The notes below the pieces were generated by a model, which saw nothing but the letters and a program-made list of their open reading frames with translations, made no database searches and was not told the DNA's origin. A DNA stretch of 64,000 nt from a bacterium. Its GTDB lineage: Bacteria > Patescibacteriota > Microgenomatia > Levybacterales > UBA12049. The position numbers were made by a program, and so were the translations under genes. This document shows positions 1-8,475 of this stretch, piece after piece; positions within the stretch are counted from its first letter, which is position 1, and each line of letters begins with the position of its first letter. The stretch covers positions 30,400 through 94,399 of the forward strand of contig JAJYDJ010000005.1 in the NCBI GenBank assembly GCA_021777565.1, given 5' to 3'.

Positions 1-758
1 GCTTTCATGGTCTCACTGTACTTCTCGACAGGAAGAGATGAACTGGTCGCGTCATGTGGATCTTTGCCGGCGAGTACTTCTAGTATCGTTGCAGCATCTT
101 CAACTGTTTTGGTCAGTGGTCCGGGACTATCGGTACTGGATGCCATGGCGATGACTCCATAGCGACTTACACGCCCATAGGTTGGTTTTAGCCCAACTAG
201 TCCGCACCAACTTGCTGGCCCTCTCACGGAACCTGCTGTTTCACTTCCAATTGCCGCCAATGCTTCATCACTTGCCACACTTGCCGCTGCTCCACCTGAT
301 GATCCACCTGGATATCTCTCCACATCCCATGGGTTACGTGTCGGCCCATAATCAGAGGTAGCGGTACTTGATCCATGTGCCCATGCGTCCATATTGGTTT
401 TTCCCAAATGCACAATACCAGCATCCATAAGTCGCGAGACAACCGTTGCACTATATGGTGGAATAAAATCATCCAGTACTTTACTGGATGCAGTCGTTCG
501 AATATCTTTTGTGCAGAAATTATCTTTAATAGAAAATGGTAAGCCCAGAAGCGGCTTATCCTCTCCAGCAGAGAGAGCCTCGTCAGCATCTTTTGCCATC
601 TGCAATGCTTTGTCTTTTGTAACGGTAACAAATGAGTTGAGTTTTGGGTCTATTTTTTCAATTCTTTCAAGATATGCCTGAGTTAGCTCGAGAGAGCTAA
701 TCTCCTTATTTTTCAATTTTGACTTTGCCTCTTTAATGGTAAGTGTGTGTAAATCCAT
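1..758 (-). CDS. gatA: Asp/Glu-tRNA amidotransferase subunit A (runs off window edge)
   Basis: Manual translation from ATG at 758: MDLHTLTIKEA...IKDN...GKTNMDAWAHGSS...PGGSSGGAAA...GSETAGSVRGPA...GLKPTYGRVSRYG (amidase signature); directly follows gatC. Confidence 0.95.
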   Translation of the reverse strand, partial: MDLHTLTIKEAKSKLKNKEISSLELTQAYLERIEKIDPKLNSFVTVTKDKALQMAKDADEALSAGEDKPLLGLPFSIKDNFCTKDIRTTASSKVLDDFIPPYSATVVSRLMDAGIVHLGKTNMDAWAHGSSTATSDYGPTRNPWDVERYPGGSSGGAAASVASDEALAAIGSETAGSVRGPASWCGLVGLKPTYGRVSRYGVIAMASSTDSPGPLTKTVEDAATILEVLAGKDPHDATSSSLPVEKYSETMK

Positions 759-759
759 A

Positions 760-1059
760 CTATGCATTATCTCCTTCCTCTAGGATCGCTGGGACGAGCA
801 CCAAGCCATTATGTTTGTGTTTTGCATTTTTGAGTGCGTCGTCTTGAGAAAGAGTGGTGAACTCATCCACTTCATCCTCACGATACACATTTTTAGTCTG
901 AGTAACCATATTGGTCCCTTCGACTTTTGATGTGTCAATCTGACTGAGCTCTTCAATATAGGCAATTGTCGCGTCCAGCTGAGTAGCTAATTTTCCCTCT
1001 TCTTCTTTTTGAAGAGGAAGGTTAGCCAATTTGGCAATATGAGCAATATCAATTTTCAT
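760..1059 (-). CDS. gatC: Asp/Glu-tRNA amidotransferase subunit C
   Basis: 99 aa: MKIDIAHIAKLANL...REDEV...LKNA...VPAIL; upstream of gatA; start chosen at ATG 6 nt after TATAAT. Confidence 0.93.
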   Translation of the reverse strand: MKIDIAHIAKLANLPLQKEEEGKLATQLDATIAYIEELSQIDTSKVEGTNMVTQTKNVYREDEVDEFTTLSQDDALKNAKHKHNGLVLVPAILEEGDNA

Positions 1060-1087
1060 AATTTCATTATATCGCTTTCTCCCCCAC

Positions 1088-1108
1088 AAAAAAATCCCCT
1101 TTCGGGGA
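1088..1108 (-). terminator. Intrinsic terminator after M20 peptidase gene
   Basis: Minus strand TCCCC-GAAA-GGGGA followed by T7. Confidence 0.75.
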
Positions 1109-1141
1109 CTTCCTGTGTTGCACAACAAAATCCCCAAGTTA

Positions 1142-2545
1142 CTACACTTGTTGGTTTTGTTGATTTTTTCGCACCTTCGCTGCTTTTTTGTAAAAACTCT
1201 TACGAGATTCTATGTATTTAAAGAATCTATCGACATGGACTTTTTCATTTGGTGCGTGGGCATTATCACTGGCAACAATAATACCAATCAAGAGTGGTTC
1301 CACCCCGATCTCACTCTGGATGAGTGCAGAAAGAGGAATTGATCCGCCTCCACGATCGAAAACTGGCTCTACCCCGTATACTTCCTCCAGTGCTTCTTTT
1401 TCCATCTGTACCCATGGAGAATTCACATCAGTCATGATCCCGTTACCACCATGAATGTATTCCACTTCTACTTCTACCCCTTTTGGCGCGATCTGAGGGA
1501 TATAGTTCATCACTAATTCTTTGATTTTCTCAGGTTTCTGATTGGGGACAAGTCTGGTACTAAATTTGACGTGTGCCTCATTTGGGATAATTGTCTTGGC
1601 ACCATTGCCAGAGAATCCTCCCCAAATCCCATTGGCATCAAAAGTTGGGCGAGCAGAGATTCTCTCTTTCGTTGAATAATTTGTATCCCCCCAGACAGAT
1701 CGTGCACTCCCTGCATCTTTTAAGAAATCTTCCTCAGTAAATGGTACTTTTGCCAAATTGGCACGTTCTTCTTCAGACACATCAATAACATCACCATAAA
1801 ACCCCGGGATCAGCACTTTACCAGTCTCAACATCATACAATTTGGTCAGTATATAGGCGAGTGCATTGATAGGGTTAAGTATCCCTCCACCAAATTCACC
1901 TGAGTGTAAATCAGTAGAACCAAGTCTCACATTGATCTGAAAATACGCGATACCACGAAGACCATAGGTAATTGCCGGGATCGTTTCCGTTGCAAAATGA
2001 GAATCATTCACCACAAAAACATCACCCTTGAGGAGTTCTTTGGTCTCAGGCTCTTTCATCCACGCCTCGATATTTTCTCCACCTGACTCTTCCTGTCCTT
2101 CCATTACAAATCTAATATTTACTGGCCATTTTTCTCCCCACTCTTCACTGAGCTCTTGAAGTGCAAAAAGCTGTGCCATGATATGACTTTTACTATCAGA
2201 TGCACCTCTGGCGAGAATATAGTTATCAACAATTGTTGGATTAAAAGGATCTGATGTCCAATTTTCTATCGGATCAACGGGCTGCACATCATAGTGGCAA
2301 TACACGATAATTGTTGGATTTTCAGGATCATCAATGCGCTCAGCATAAATAACCGGTGCCATATCCTCATGCCCTTTGGCATATTTATACGAAATGTTCT
2401 TAAATCCAAGTGCTTCTAATTCTTTGGTAATAAATTCAGCAGCACGCAACACATCTCCATGATGCTCAGGCAATGCTGAGATGGATGGAATCTTGATCAG
2501 TTCAAAGAACTTTTCTAAATATTTTTGTTTTTTCTCATCAGTCAT
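1142..2545 (-). CDS. M20/M25/M40 family metallo-dipeptidase (CNDP2/Dug1-like)
   Basis: HYDVQP, RGASDSK, QEESG, GLRG, DLHSG, GGSIP and AHAPNE motifs. Confidence 0.9.
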   Translation of the reverse strand: MTDEKKQKYLEKFFELIKIPSISALPEHHGDVLRAAEFITKELEALGFKNISYKYAKGHEDMAPVIYAERIDDPENPTIIVYCHYDVQPVDPIENWTSDPFNPTIVDNYILARGASDSKSHIMAQLFALQELSEEWGEKWPVNIRFVMEGQEESGGENIEAWMKEPETKELLKGDVFVVNDSHFATETIPAITYGLRGIAYFQINVRLGSTDLHSGEFGGGILNPINALAYILTKLYDVETGKVLIPGFYGDVIDVSEEERANLAKVPFTEEDFLKDAGSARSVWGDTNYSTKERISARPTFDANGIWGGFSGNGAKTIIPNEAHVKFSTRLVPNQKPEKIKELVMNYIPQIAPKGVEVEVEYIHGGNGIMTDVNSPWVQMEKEALEEVYGVEPVFDRGGGSIPLSALIQSEIGVEPLLIGIIVASDNAHAPNEKVHVDRFFKYIESRKSFYKKAAKVRKNQQNQQV

Positions 2546-2587
2546 ATATATAGTATAAAAATCCCCTCGTTATAAGGCAATGATTAA

Positions 2588-4234
2588 TTAATTTTGTCCC
2601 ATTCTCCCCACCAAACAAAGACCATAGACATCTACTACACCTTTATCCATAAGCTGTCTGAGCTGAGTTGCCCCAGCGGCAGTACTACAATCAATATCCA
2701 GATACGTTGTCTCTCCTCGCTGTCTGAGTGTCATCCCTGGCAGAGGTGCTACGGTGATGGCATCCCCTTTCCACGCGACACGTACCACAGCACGTGCCCC
2801 AGTTTCCATCTGTACTCTCTGCACTACAACAGCCACATCATCCACTTCCCCTTCTCTGATAATCTGGTTTACTCGTGGATCATCAATACGCATAGTTGCC
2901 TCAGCGAGGGTTCTATCAATCAATTCATCCCCACCCATCAACCACGTTGAGACGAGTGTCGGTCTTTTCGCCCAGTATTCCAGAGATGCTGCCTCAAGCG
3001 TTTTCACACCTTGTCTTCTTGCCTCATCAAGCCCTTTCAGCTGTCTTCTCTGGGTATCCCCAGTCCATAACGGGTACAGCTCTTTGGGGAAGTGCCCATC
3101 CATTGCTGTTGCCTGATCAAAAAAGACCTGCACACCAGGATTGAGCTTGATACCCAAGGCATCTGCCAACGCACGAGCCTGATCCAAATATCCCAAGTGG
3201 GTATAGAACATATAGCCATGTTGCAATTCTTCAAGAACGAGAAGAAGTGCTTTTGGTGTCACTGCTATTGTCTCATCATTGAGTTGTCTGAGCGCGGCAA
3301 ATAATTGGTCTGTCGTTTCAGGCCTATGTGGCAGCGTCACGGAGCGATCTCCTACGCGTACCGTTGTCCCTTCTATTTCCAAAGTCTGTCTGACGATCTG
3401 GCCATTGACGACTGAAATCACCCAGAATGGTAGTTCATGTTCTCCCAGAGCACGTCTTCCACCACCCTCAGAAACAATCTGGTTATACGTCTCACGAGCT
3501 TGTGGGTCACCTAAAAATTGACTCAAAACTAAGTGAGAACTCGTATCAAGTCCAAACTCTTCCACACTATTTGAAAGGCGTACCTGATCAAGCCGCTGCC
3601 CCATGATAAGCCGCGCCATATACACCTGCAATTCTGATTCAGCCGCAAACGGATGACTTACGAGATATGCTCGCATTTGTTCAACCAGGAATAGACCTCT
3701 CTCTTCTGCCGTTTTACCAGCATCTTCCCCATAGGCGTATCGTGCGACTTTGATAGCATATTCGATCTCACGCTGCAGACCCGTAACCCACAATTCAGAT
3801 AATTGTGGATATCGATCCAGTGTCACTCCAGCTGCCACGACAGGGTCTTTGGTCAAAAAGACAAGCCCTTCAACATATCCCCCATATGTTTTTCTTAAGT
3901 AGGCCAGTACTTCCGTTGCTTTTACTCGTCCCTTGCCTTCATTCTCCACATTAAGAGCTCGTAACACCTGTTCAAGAGTTAGGGGAACTGGGCCGGCGAA
4001 ATGATCCCACTGAATCGACATCCACCCGTCAAAAGCCCCAGAATTTGCAACAAGTTGCACACCATCTGTTTCTGTCACAACCAATTCAGGTTTTACCTTC
4101 CCTGTCGCTGATCCCCCACCATCAGTGTTATGGACAAATTCTGTCACTTCTAGCGCTGTCCCACTATCCACCACGGCTGCTCTCACGGCACCCTGTCTAT
4201 TCATTGATTGATCTCCACCTAATATTTCACTCAT
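2588..4234 (-). CDS. Hypothetical 548-aa protein in the bshC position; possible divergent BshC-like ligase
   Basis: Long ORF starting 2 nt after the bshA stop; length similar to BshC; ELPFW and PKALLL segments; function not recognisable. Confidence 0.6.
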   Translation of the reverse strand: MSEILGGDQSMNRQGAVRAAVVDSGTALEVTEFVHNTDGGGSATGKVKPELVVTETDGVQLVANSGAFDGWMSIQWDHFAGPVPLTLEQVLRALNVENEGKGRVKATEVLAYLRKTYGGYVEGLVFLTKDPVVAAGVTLDRYPQLSELWVTGLQREIEYAIKVARYAYGEDAGKTAEERGLFLVEQMRAYLVSHPFAAESELQVYMARLIMGQRLDQVRLSNSVEEFGLDTSSHLVLSQFLGDPQARETYNQIVSEGGGRRALGEHELPFWVISVVNGQIVRQTLEIEGTTVRVGDRSVTLPHRPETTDQLFAALRQLNDETIAVTPKALLLVLEELQHGYMFYTHLGYLDQARALADALGIKLNPGVQVFFDQATAMDGHFPKELYPLWTGDTQRRQLKGLDEARRQGVKTLEAASLEYWAKRPTLVSTWLMGGDELIDRTLAEATMRIDDPRVNQIIREGEVDDVAVVVQRVQMETGARAVVRVAWKGDAITVAPLPGMTLRQRGETTYLDIDCSTAAGATQLRQLMDKGVVDVYGLCLVGRMGQN

Positions 4235-4236
4235 AA

Positions 4237-5358
4237 CTAATTTAGTGCATCATAAATCTGCGTATACTGATGCATCACTTTATCATTGGTGTACTGTTGT
4301 GCATTTCTCACGGCAGCGACACTCATAGATTTCCATAGTTTTTCACTCCTCACCAATTTCAATGCTTGTTTGGCATGTTTATCCACATCTGCAGGACGAG
4401 CCAAGTACCCTGTTTTGCCATGCAGTACTACTTTTGGTAGTGCACCAACATTGGTTGCAATAACTGGGGTGCCACACGCCTGTGCTTCTAAGGCCGCAAG
4501 TGAAAAACTTTCATACAGTGATGGGAGTAACAAGACGTGTGCTTTTTGATATAGTGCTGCTACTTCTTTATTACTCTTTACAGATTTTAAGAATGTTACG
4601 TGACGAATTTTATTTTTCTTTACATATTCACGTACTACTTTTTTCTCTGGTCCATCACCAACAAAAAGCATTTTTGCTTTAGGAAATTCTTTTACCACTT
4701 GTTCAAAAATTTGCACAGTCACCAATGGCTGTTTTACTTTTCTGAAATTTGATACGTGAATAAAAAGTGGTTCAGTCAAAGATTTCTCCACCGGATGAAA
4801 CACTTCTTCATCAATAAAATTTGGGACAATAGTAATGTCTTTCTCAATACCATAAATTTTCAAAAGATTTTTTTTCAAATTTTCAGATGGTACAGTAATA
4901 ACATCTGCACCATGAATGAGCCATTTGTTTAAATTTTTTGGCACGACATGGCCTGGTTTTTCCAAATTAAACCCTAAGACATCGCTACCGTGAAATGTAA
5001 TAATAACTTTTACTGATTTGCCAAAATGTGCCAGCATATTTTTGGCGAGCAAACTCACGTGACCGAACAAGATGCCATAATGTGCATGAATAATATCGAT
5101 ATTTTCTTTTTGCACAATTGCGGCGATTTCATCAGCAAGCGCTAATTCATAAATTGGGAATGGAAATAGTGGATAGGAAAATCCAACTACTTTGTGAAAT
5201 TTAATATTTTCTTTTCCACTCTCTGCACGGAATGCCGTTTCATAACTTAAGAAATGGACCTCATAGCCACGTTTTGAGAGCTCCTTTGCGGTTTCAAATG
5301 CTACCATTCCGCTTCCCCCTAACCAGGGAGATGCGACAACTAATATCTTTTTTTTCAT
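4237..5358 (-). CDS. bshA: BshA-like GT4 (N-acetylglucosaminyl L-malate synthase)
   Basis: GGSG, YPLF, DIIHAHY, HGSD, NFID, IHVSNFRKVK, VGDGPE and ESF.L..LEA are colinear with BshA; adjacent to bshB1. Confidence 0.85.
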   Translation of the reverse strand: MKKKILVVASPWLGGSGMVAFETAKELSKRGYEVHFLSYETAFRAESGKENIKFHKVVGFSYPLFPFPIYELALADEIAAIVQKENIDIIHAHYGILFGHVSLLAKNMLAHFGKSVKVIITFHGSDVLGFNLEKPGHVVPKNLNKWLIHGADVITVPSENLKKNLLKIYGIEKDITIVPNFIDEEVFHPVEKSLTEPLFIHVSNFRKVKQPLVTVQIFEQVVKEFPKAKMLFVGDGPEKKVVREYVKKNKIRHVTFLKSVKSNKEVAALYQKAHVLLLPSLYESFSLAALEAQACGTPVIATNVGALPKVVLHGKTGYLARPADVDKHAKQALKLVRSEKLWKSMSVAAVRNAQQYTNDKVMHQYTQIYDALN

Positions 5359-5377
5359 ATGATTTTTTAGGCAGGGG

Positions 5378-6115
5378 CTAGAAAAAGTTAGGAATGAAAC
5401 CCATTGGGTCATCTAACCCGATTGGGTTAATACTCAAGTAAGGTTCGCCATATCTTTTGGCGATGGGGAAGCCATAGTTGCGTGCTCTGGCTTCGAAGAA
5501 TTTCAGAGTATCAGCATCATTATCAATAGTTTTGCGTGTTCCCTTGCCTCCACCGAACTGAGACGTGTGCGCCAGAAGCGCTTTCATCTTGGTATCAAAT
5601 TCATCAGTAATATCCAAAATAAATGATGGCTGGAATTCATTCCACATCATGTAAAAAAGGAATCGTGTTGGGCGATGTTTTTCCTGGCCTGTTTCGTAGC
5701 GAATCAGTCCTGAGGTGAAAAGAGCCTCTCTTACAAGATTTCCGGTAGCCATGTGATCAGGGTGCCTATCAAAGTAGTATGGAACCAAAACCATTTCAGG
5801 CTTGTGTGCACGAATTGCTTTAACTAATACATCCTGCAATTCTCGAGAATTAAAAAAGAAATTATTTGGTACTTCCAAGTTCTCGCGAAACTTTGCCCCC
5901 AGGATTTTTCGTGCTGCTTGTGCTTCTTTTTGTCTCTCTTCAACAGTTCCGTTGGTTGATAACTCACCAAGAGACATGTCAATAATACCTGTTGAATAGC
6001 CACGTTTTGCAGCCTTAACAAGCAGTCCTCCACATCCATCCTCGATATCATCTGGATGTGCTCCAAATGCAAGGATGTCTACTTTTTCATTTGATAATTT
6101 TTTAGGATCTATCAT
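5378..6115 (-). CDS. bshB1: PIG-L family deacetylase, BshB1-like
   Basis: DILAFGAHPDD, GELSTNG, DRHPDH, HTSQF and YGEPY motifs; neighbour of bshA. Confidence 0.85.
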   Translation of the reverse strand: MIDPKKLSNEKVDILAFGAHPDDIEDGCGGLLVKAAKRGYSTGIIDMSLGELSTNGTVEERQKEAQAARKILGAKFRENLEVPNNFFFNSRELQDVLVKAIRAHKPEMVLVPYYFDRHPDHMATGNLVREALFTSGLIRYETGQEKHRPTRFLFYMMWNEFQPSFILDITDEFDTKMKALLAHTSQFGGGKGTRKTIDNDADTLKFFEARARNYGFPIAKRYGEPYLSINPIGLDDPMGFIPNFF

Positions 6116-6126
6116 ATTTTTAGTAC

Positions 6127-6157
6127 AAAAAAAAACCTCCCGCTTCTGTGGGAGGTT
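6127..6157 (-). terminator. Intrinsic terminator inside the bshB1 leader
   Basis: Minus strand AACCTCCC-ACAGAAGC-GGGAGGTT running into a T9 tract that ends 11 nt before the bshB1 ATG. Confidence 0.8.
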
Positions 6158-6187
6158 ATACAAAAAAAACTTCTCTCCCACGAAACA

Positions 6188-6241
6188 TCAGACCCAAATA
6201 AGGGTGTGACGCTTCATTGGAAAGAAGTATTGCGTGTTCAT
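6188..6241 (-). CDS. Putative 17-aa leader peptide MNTQYFFPMKRHTLIWV
   Basis: ATG at 6241 just after the promoter, TGA at 6188-6190; overlaps the long leader hairpin. Confidence 0.5.
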   Translation of the reverse strand: MNTQYFFPMKRHTLIWV

Positions 6242-6250
6242 GTCACAAAT

Positions 6251-6280
6251 ATGATACCAGAGGATTTTACCTTGTGTCAA
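6251..6280 (-). promoter_or_regulatory. Sigma70-type promoter of the bsh cluster
   Basis: TTGACA-18nt-TATCAT with extended -10 TG. Confidence 0.7.
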
Positions 6281-6288
6281 CAGGCAAA

Positions 6289-7056
6289 CTACATCCGTGC
6301 AAGAATTGCCTCACGAGCACTCGCAGCAAGTGAGTCATCAAGAGGTGTAAGCATTACTTTCTCACCATATTTTTTCTCGAGTGCTTTTTCAATAAGCCAG
6401 TCTGCAATCATAGGATTTTTGGGTAAGATAGGACCATGAAAATATGTGCCGATAGAATTTTTATACACTGCTCCTTCTTCCTGAGCACTATCATTACTTC
6501 CATAGCCTTTGAGCACTTTTCCAAGTGGCTTAATACTTTTACCTAAGATTGTTCTGCCTCCATGGTTCTCAAAACCTACAATTGTCCCTGTGATACCAAG
6601 TTCAGGACTGAGCTCAACTGCAATATTTCCAATAAGCCGTTCACGACCTGGATTTTCGGTATACATATCTAAAACTCCCAGTTGAGGTAATTTTGTCCCA
6701 TCGGCAGTTTTGTAATACTGTCCCAAATACTGAAACCCTCCACAGATATACAACCCCGGAACACCGTCTTCTATCATCTGTGCAAATGCTTTCTTTTTCT
6801 TTTGTAAATCTTTGGCAACAATTTCCTGCTGCATATCCTGTGCACCACCCATCATTAACAGATCACAGGACTGCAAATCTTTTTCGGTTGAGCCAACTCC
6901 AATTTCTCTGACAGTCACGTTAATACCTCGATCTTTACATCGTTTTTCAAGTACGATGACATTCCCCCGATCGCCATAGATATTCATCAGATCAGGATAT
7001 AACCACCCGATGGTGAGTTGGTATTTTTTATTTTGTCTGTTAGTTGTATGTTTCAT
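6289..7056 (-). CDS. gatD: CobQ-like glutamine amidotransferase, lipid II isoglutaminyl synthase subunit
   Basis: LYPDLMNIYGDRGN, ICGGFQYLG, GFENHGG, YFHGPILPKNP; paired with murT. Confidence 0.92.
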   Translation of the reverse strand: MKHTTNRQNKKYQLTIGWLYPDLMNIYGDRGNVIVLEKRCKDRGINVTVREIGVGSTEKDLQSCDLLMMGGAQDMQQEIVAKDLQKKKKAFAQMIEDGVPGLYICGGFQYLGQYYKTADGTKLPQLGVLDMYTENPGRERLIGNIAVELSPELGITGTIVGFENHGGRTILGKSIKPLGKVLKGYGSNDSAQEEGAVYKNSIGTYFHGPILPKNPMIADWLIEKALEKKYGEKVMLTPLDDSLAASAREAILARM

Positions 7057-7069
7057 ATATTTCCTTGAC

Positions 7070-7167
7070 GTCATTCTGAACGGAGTGCGCCGCTACTGGG
7101 TAGCAAGTGCTCTTGGGGCGAAGAATCTATATTTAGAAATAAGATCCTTCGCTTTGCTCAGGATGAC
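7070..7167. repeat. REP-like intergenic palindromic element with a 33-nt nested insert
   Basis: GTCATTCTGAACGGAGTG...AAGAATCT pairs with AGATCCTTCGCTTTGCTCAGGATGAC. Confidence 0.7.
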
Positions 7168-7182
7168 ACTCTAAGCATCCCC

Positions 7183-8469
7183 TCACAAAATACTTCTCCC
7201 CGTTATAATTTTTCTCACATCAAGCATGGCAGAATACGTTGGCAAAATATAAAAAGTCTCTCCTTTTGGTGTATTTTTAACACCAGTTTCAATTGCCTCT
7301 TCAAGTGATGGGAAGACTCGCGCTTCACAACCCGCATACTGAATACGAAGTGCCATATCATATACTCTATCACCGCTAACGAGTACCTCAGCAAACGAAT
7401 TGATGTATTGTTCCATATTCGTATCCCAGATCCAGCTCACGTCTGTCCCATCAGGGATTCTATCATTCAAAACAAAGAGCACACGGGGGTGTTTGGACAG
7501 AGACAAAACTGTCTCAATACTTTGATTTGTTCCTGTTGGATTTTTAGACAAAATGATTTGTATCTCTTTCCCATCTTTTTGCACTTTTTCTTGTCTGCCA
7601 AATGCAGGATGGACCTTCATCAGCGCATCTGAGATCTCACTATCAGTCGCGCCAATACGTTTTGCCACAGTCGCTGCTGCAGCCATATTGTATTGGTTAT
7701 AGAGCCCTGAGAGTTCACTCGTAAATGGCTTGAATGCATACGTTGGTGTTGGTCTATTGAGGCCGCATGAAGGACAGTGCCAATCTCCCACGTGAGAATA
7801 ACTTACTTTTTTATATTCAAGTTTACTCTCACAGCGAGGACAATAGGTACTATCTGCTCCATGAATAATTTCACTTTTTTGCATCTGTGAAACAGGCAGT
7901 CCAAAATAGATCGGTTTCTCAATACCAAGCCCCAACCAGGCAACCAATGGATCATCTCCATTCAGAACGATTTGCACATCGTTAAGTTTGGCAAAAGATG
8001 TCTGCCATTTCTTAGCAATAGTCATCAATTCTCCATATCTATCCAACTGATCTCTGAAGAGATTCAGACAAATAATATATGCTGGCATCACTTCCTTAAG
8101 CATCAATGGCAGGACATTCTCATCAACTTCAAAAATGAGAAAATCATACGAAATCTTTCCATCAATACGGCTGGCATTGAGAAATCCCGATGCCATACCA
8201 TTCATTAAGTTGGCTCCCGACTGGTTATAAAAAATTTTCTTGCCATGTGACGTGAGCATTGAAGAAAGTAGCATAGACGTCGTTGTCTTCCCATTTGTCC
8301 CACTCACAAAAACGATCTGTGTTTGAGGGTTCATGCGGTGAAGCCGAGCGATAAATCTTGGATACATGCTCAGGACGATATATCCTGGCCAAGTAGAGCC
8401 ACTTCCCTTGCCAATAAGTTGGCTCATTCGTGACACACACTTCCCTAAAATAATCAGTATTTGCATCAT
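7183..8469 (-). CDS. murT: Mur ligase family protein with DUF1727, lipid II isoglutaminyl synthase subunit
   Basis: GTNGKTTT, NLFRDQLDRYGE, CPRC/CPSC zinc finger, KNPTG, DGTDVSWIWD, PTYSAML. Confidence 0.93.
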   Translation of the reverse strand: MMQILIILGKCVSRMSQLIGKGSGSTWPGYIVLSMYPRFIARLHRMNPQTQIVFVSGTNGKTTTSMLLSSMLTSHGKKIFYNQSGANLMNGMASGFLNASRIDGKISYDFLIFEVDENVLPLMLKEVMPAYIICLNLFRDQLDRYGELMTIAKKWQTSFAKLNDVQIVLNGDDPLVAWLGLGIEKPIYFGLPVSQMQKSEIIHGADSTYCPRCESKLEYKKVSYSHVGDWHCPSCGLNRPTPTYAFKPFTSELSGLYNQYNMAAAATVAKRIGATDSEISDALMKVHPAFGRQEKVQKDGKEIQIILSKNPTGTNQSIETVLSLSKHPRVLFVLNDRIPDGTDVSWIWDTNMEQYINSFAEVLVSGDRVYDMALRIQYAGCEARVFPSLEEAIETGVKNTPKGETFYILPTYSAMLDVRKIITGRSIL

Positions 8470-8475
8470 AGAAGA

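Noticed and set aside
224-681. ORF-track ORFs 224..631 and 394..681
   Set aside because: Shadow frames of gatA, which the track missed because it runs off the window edge.
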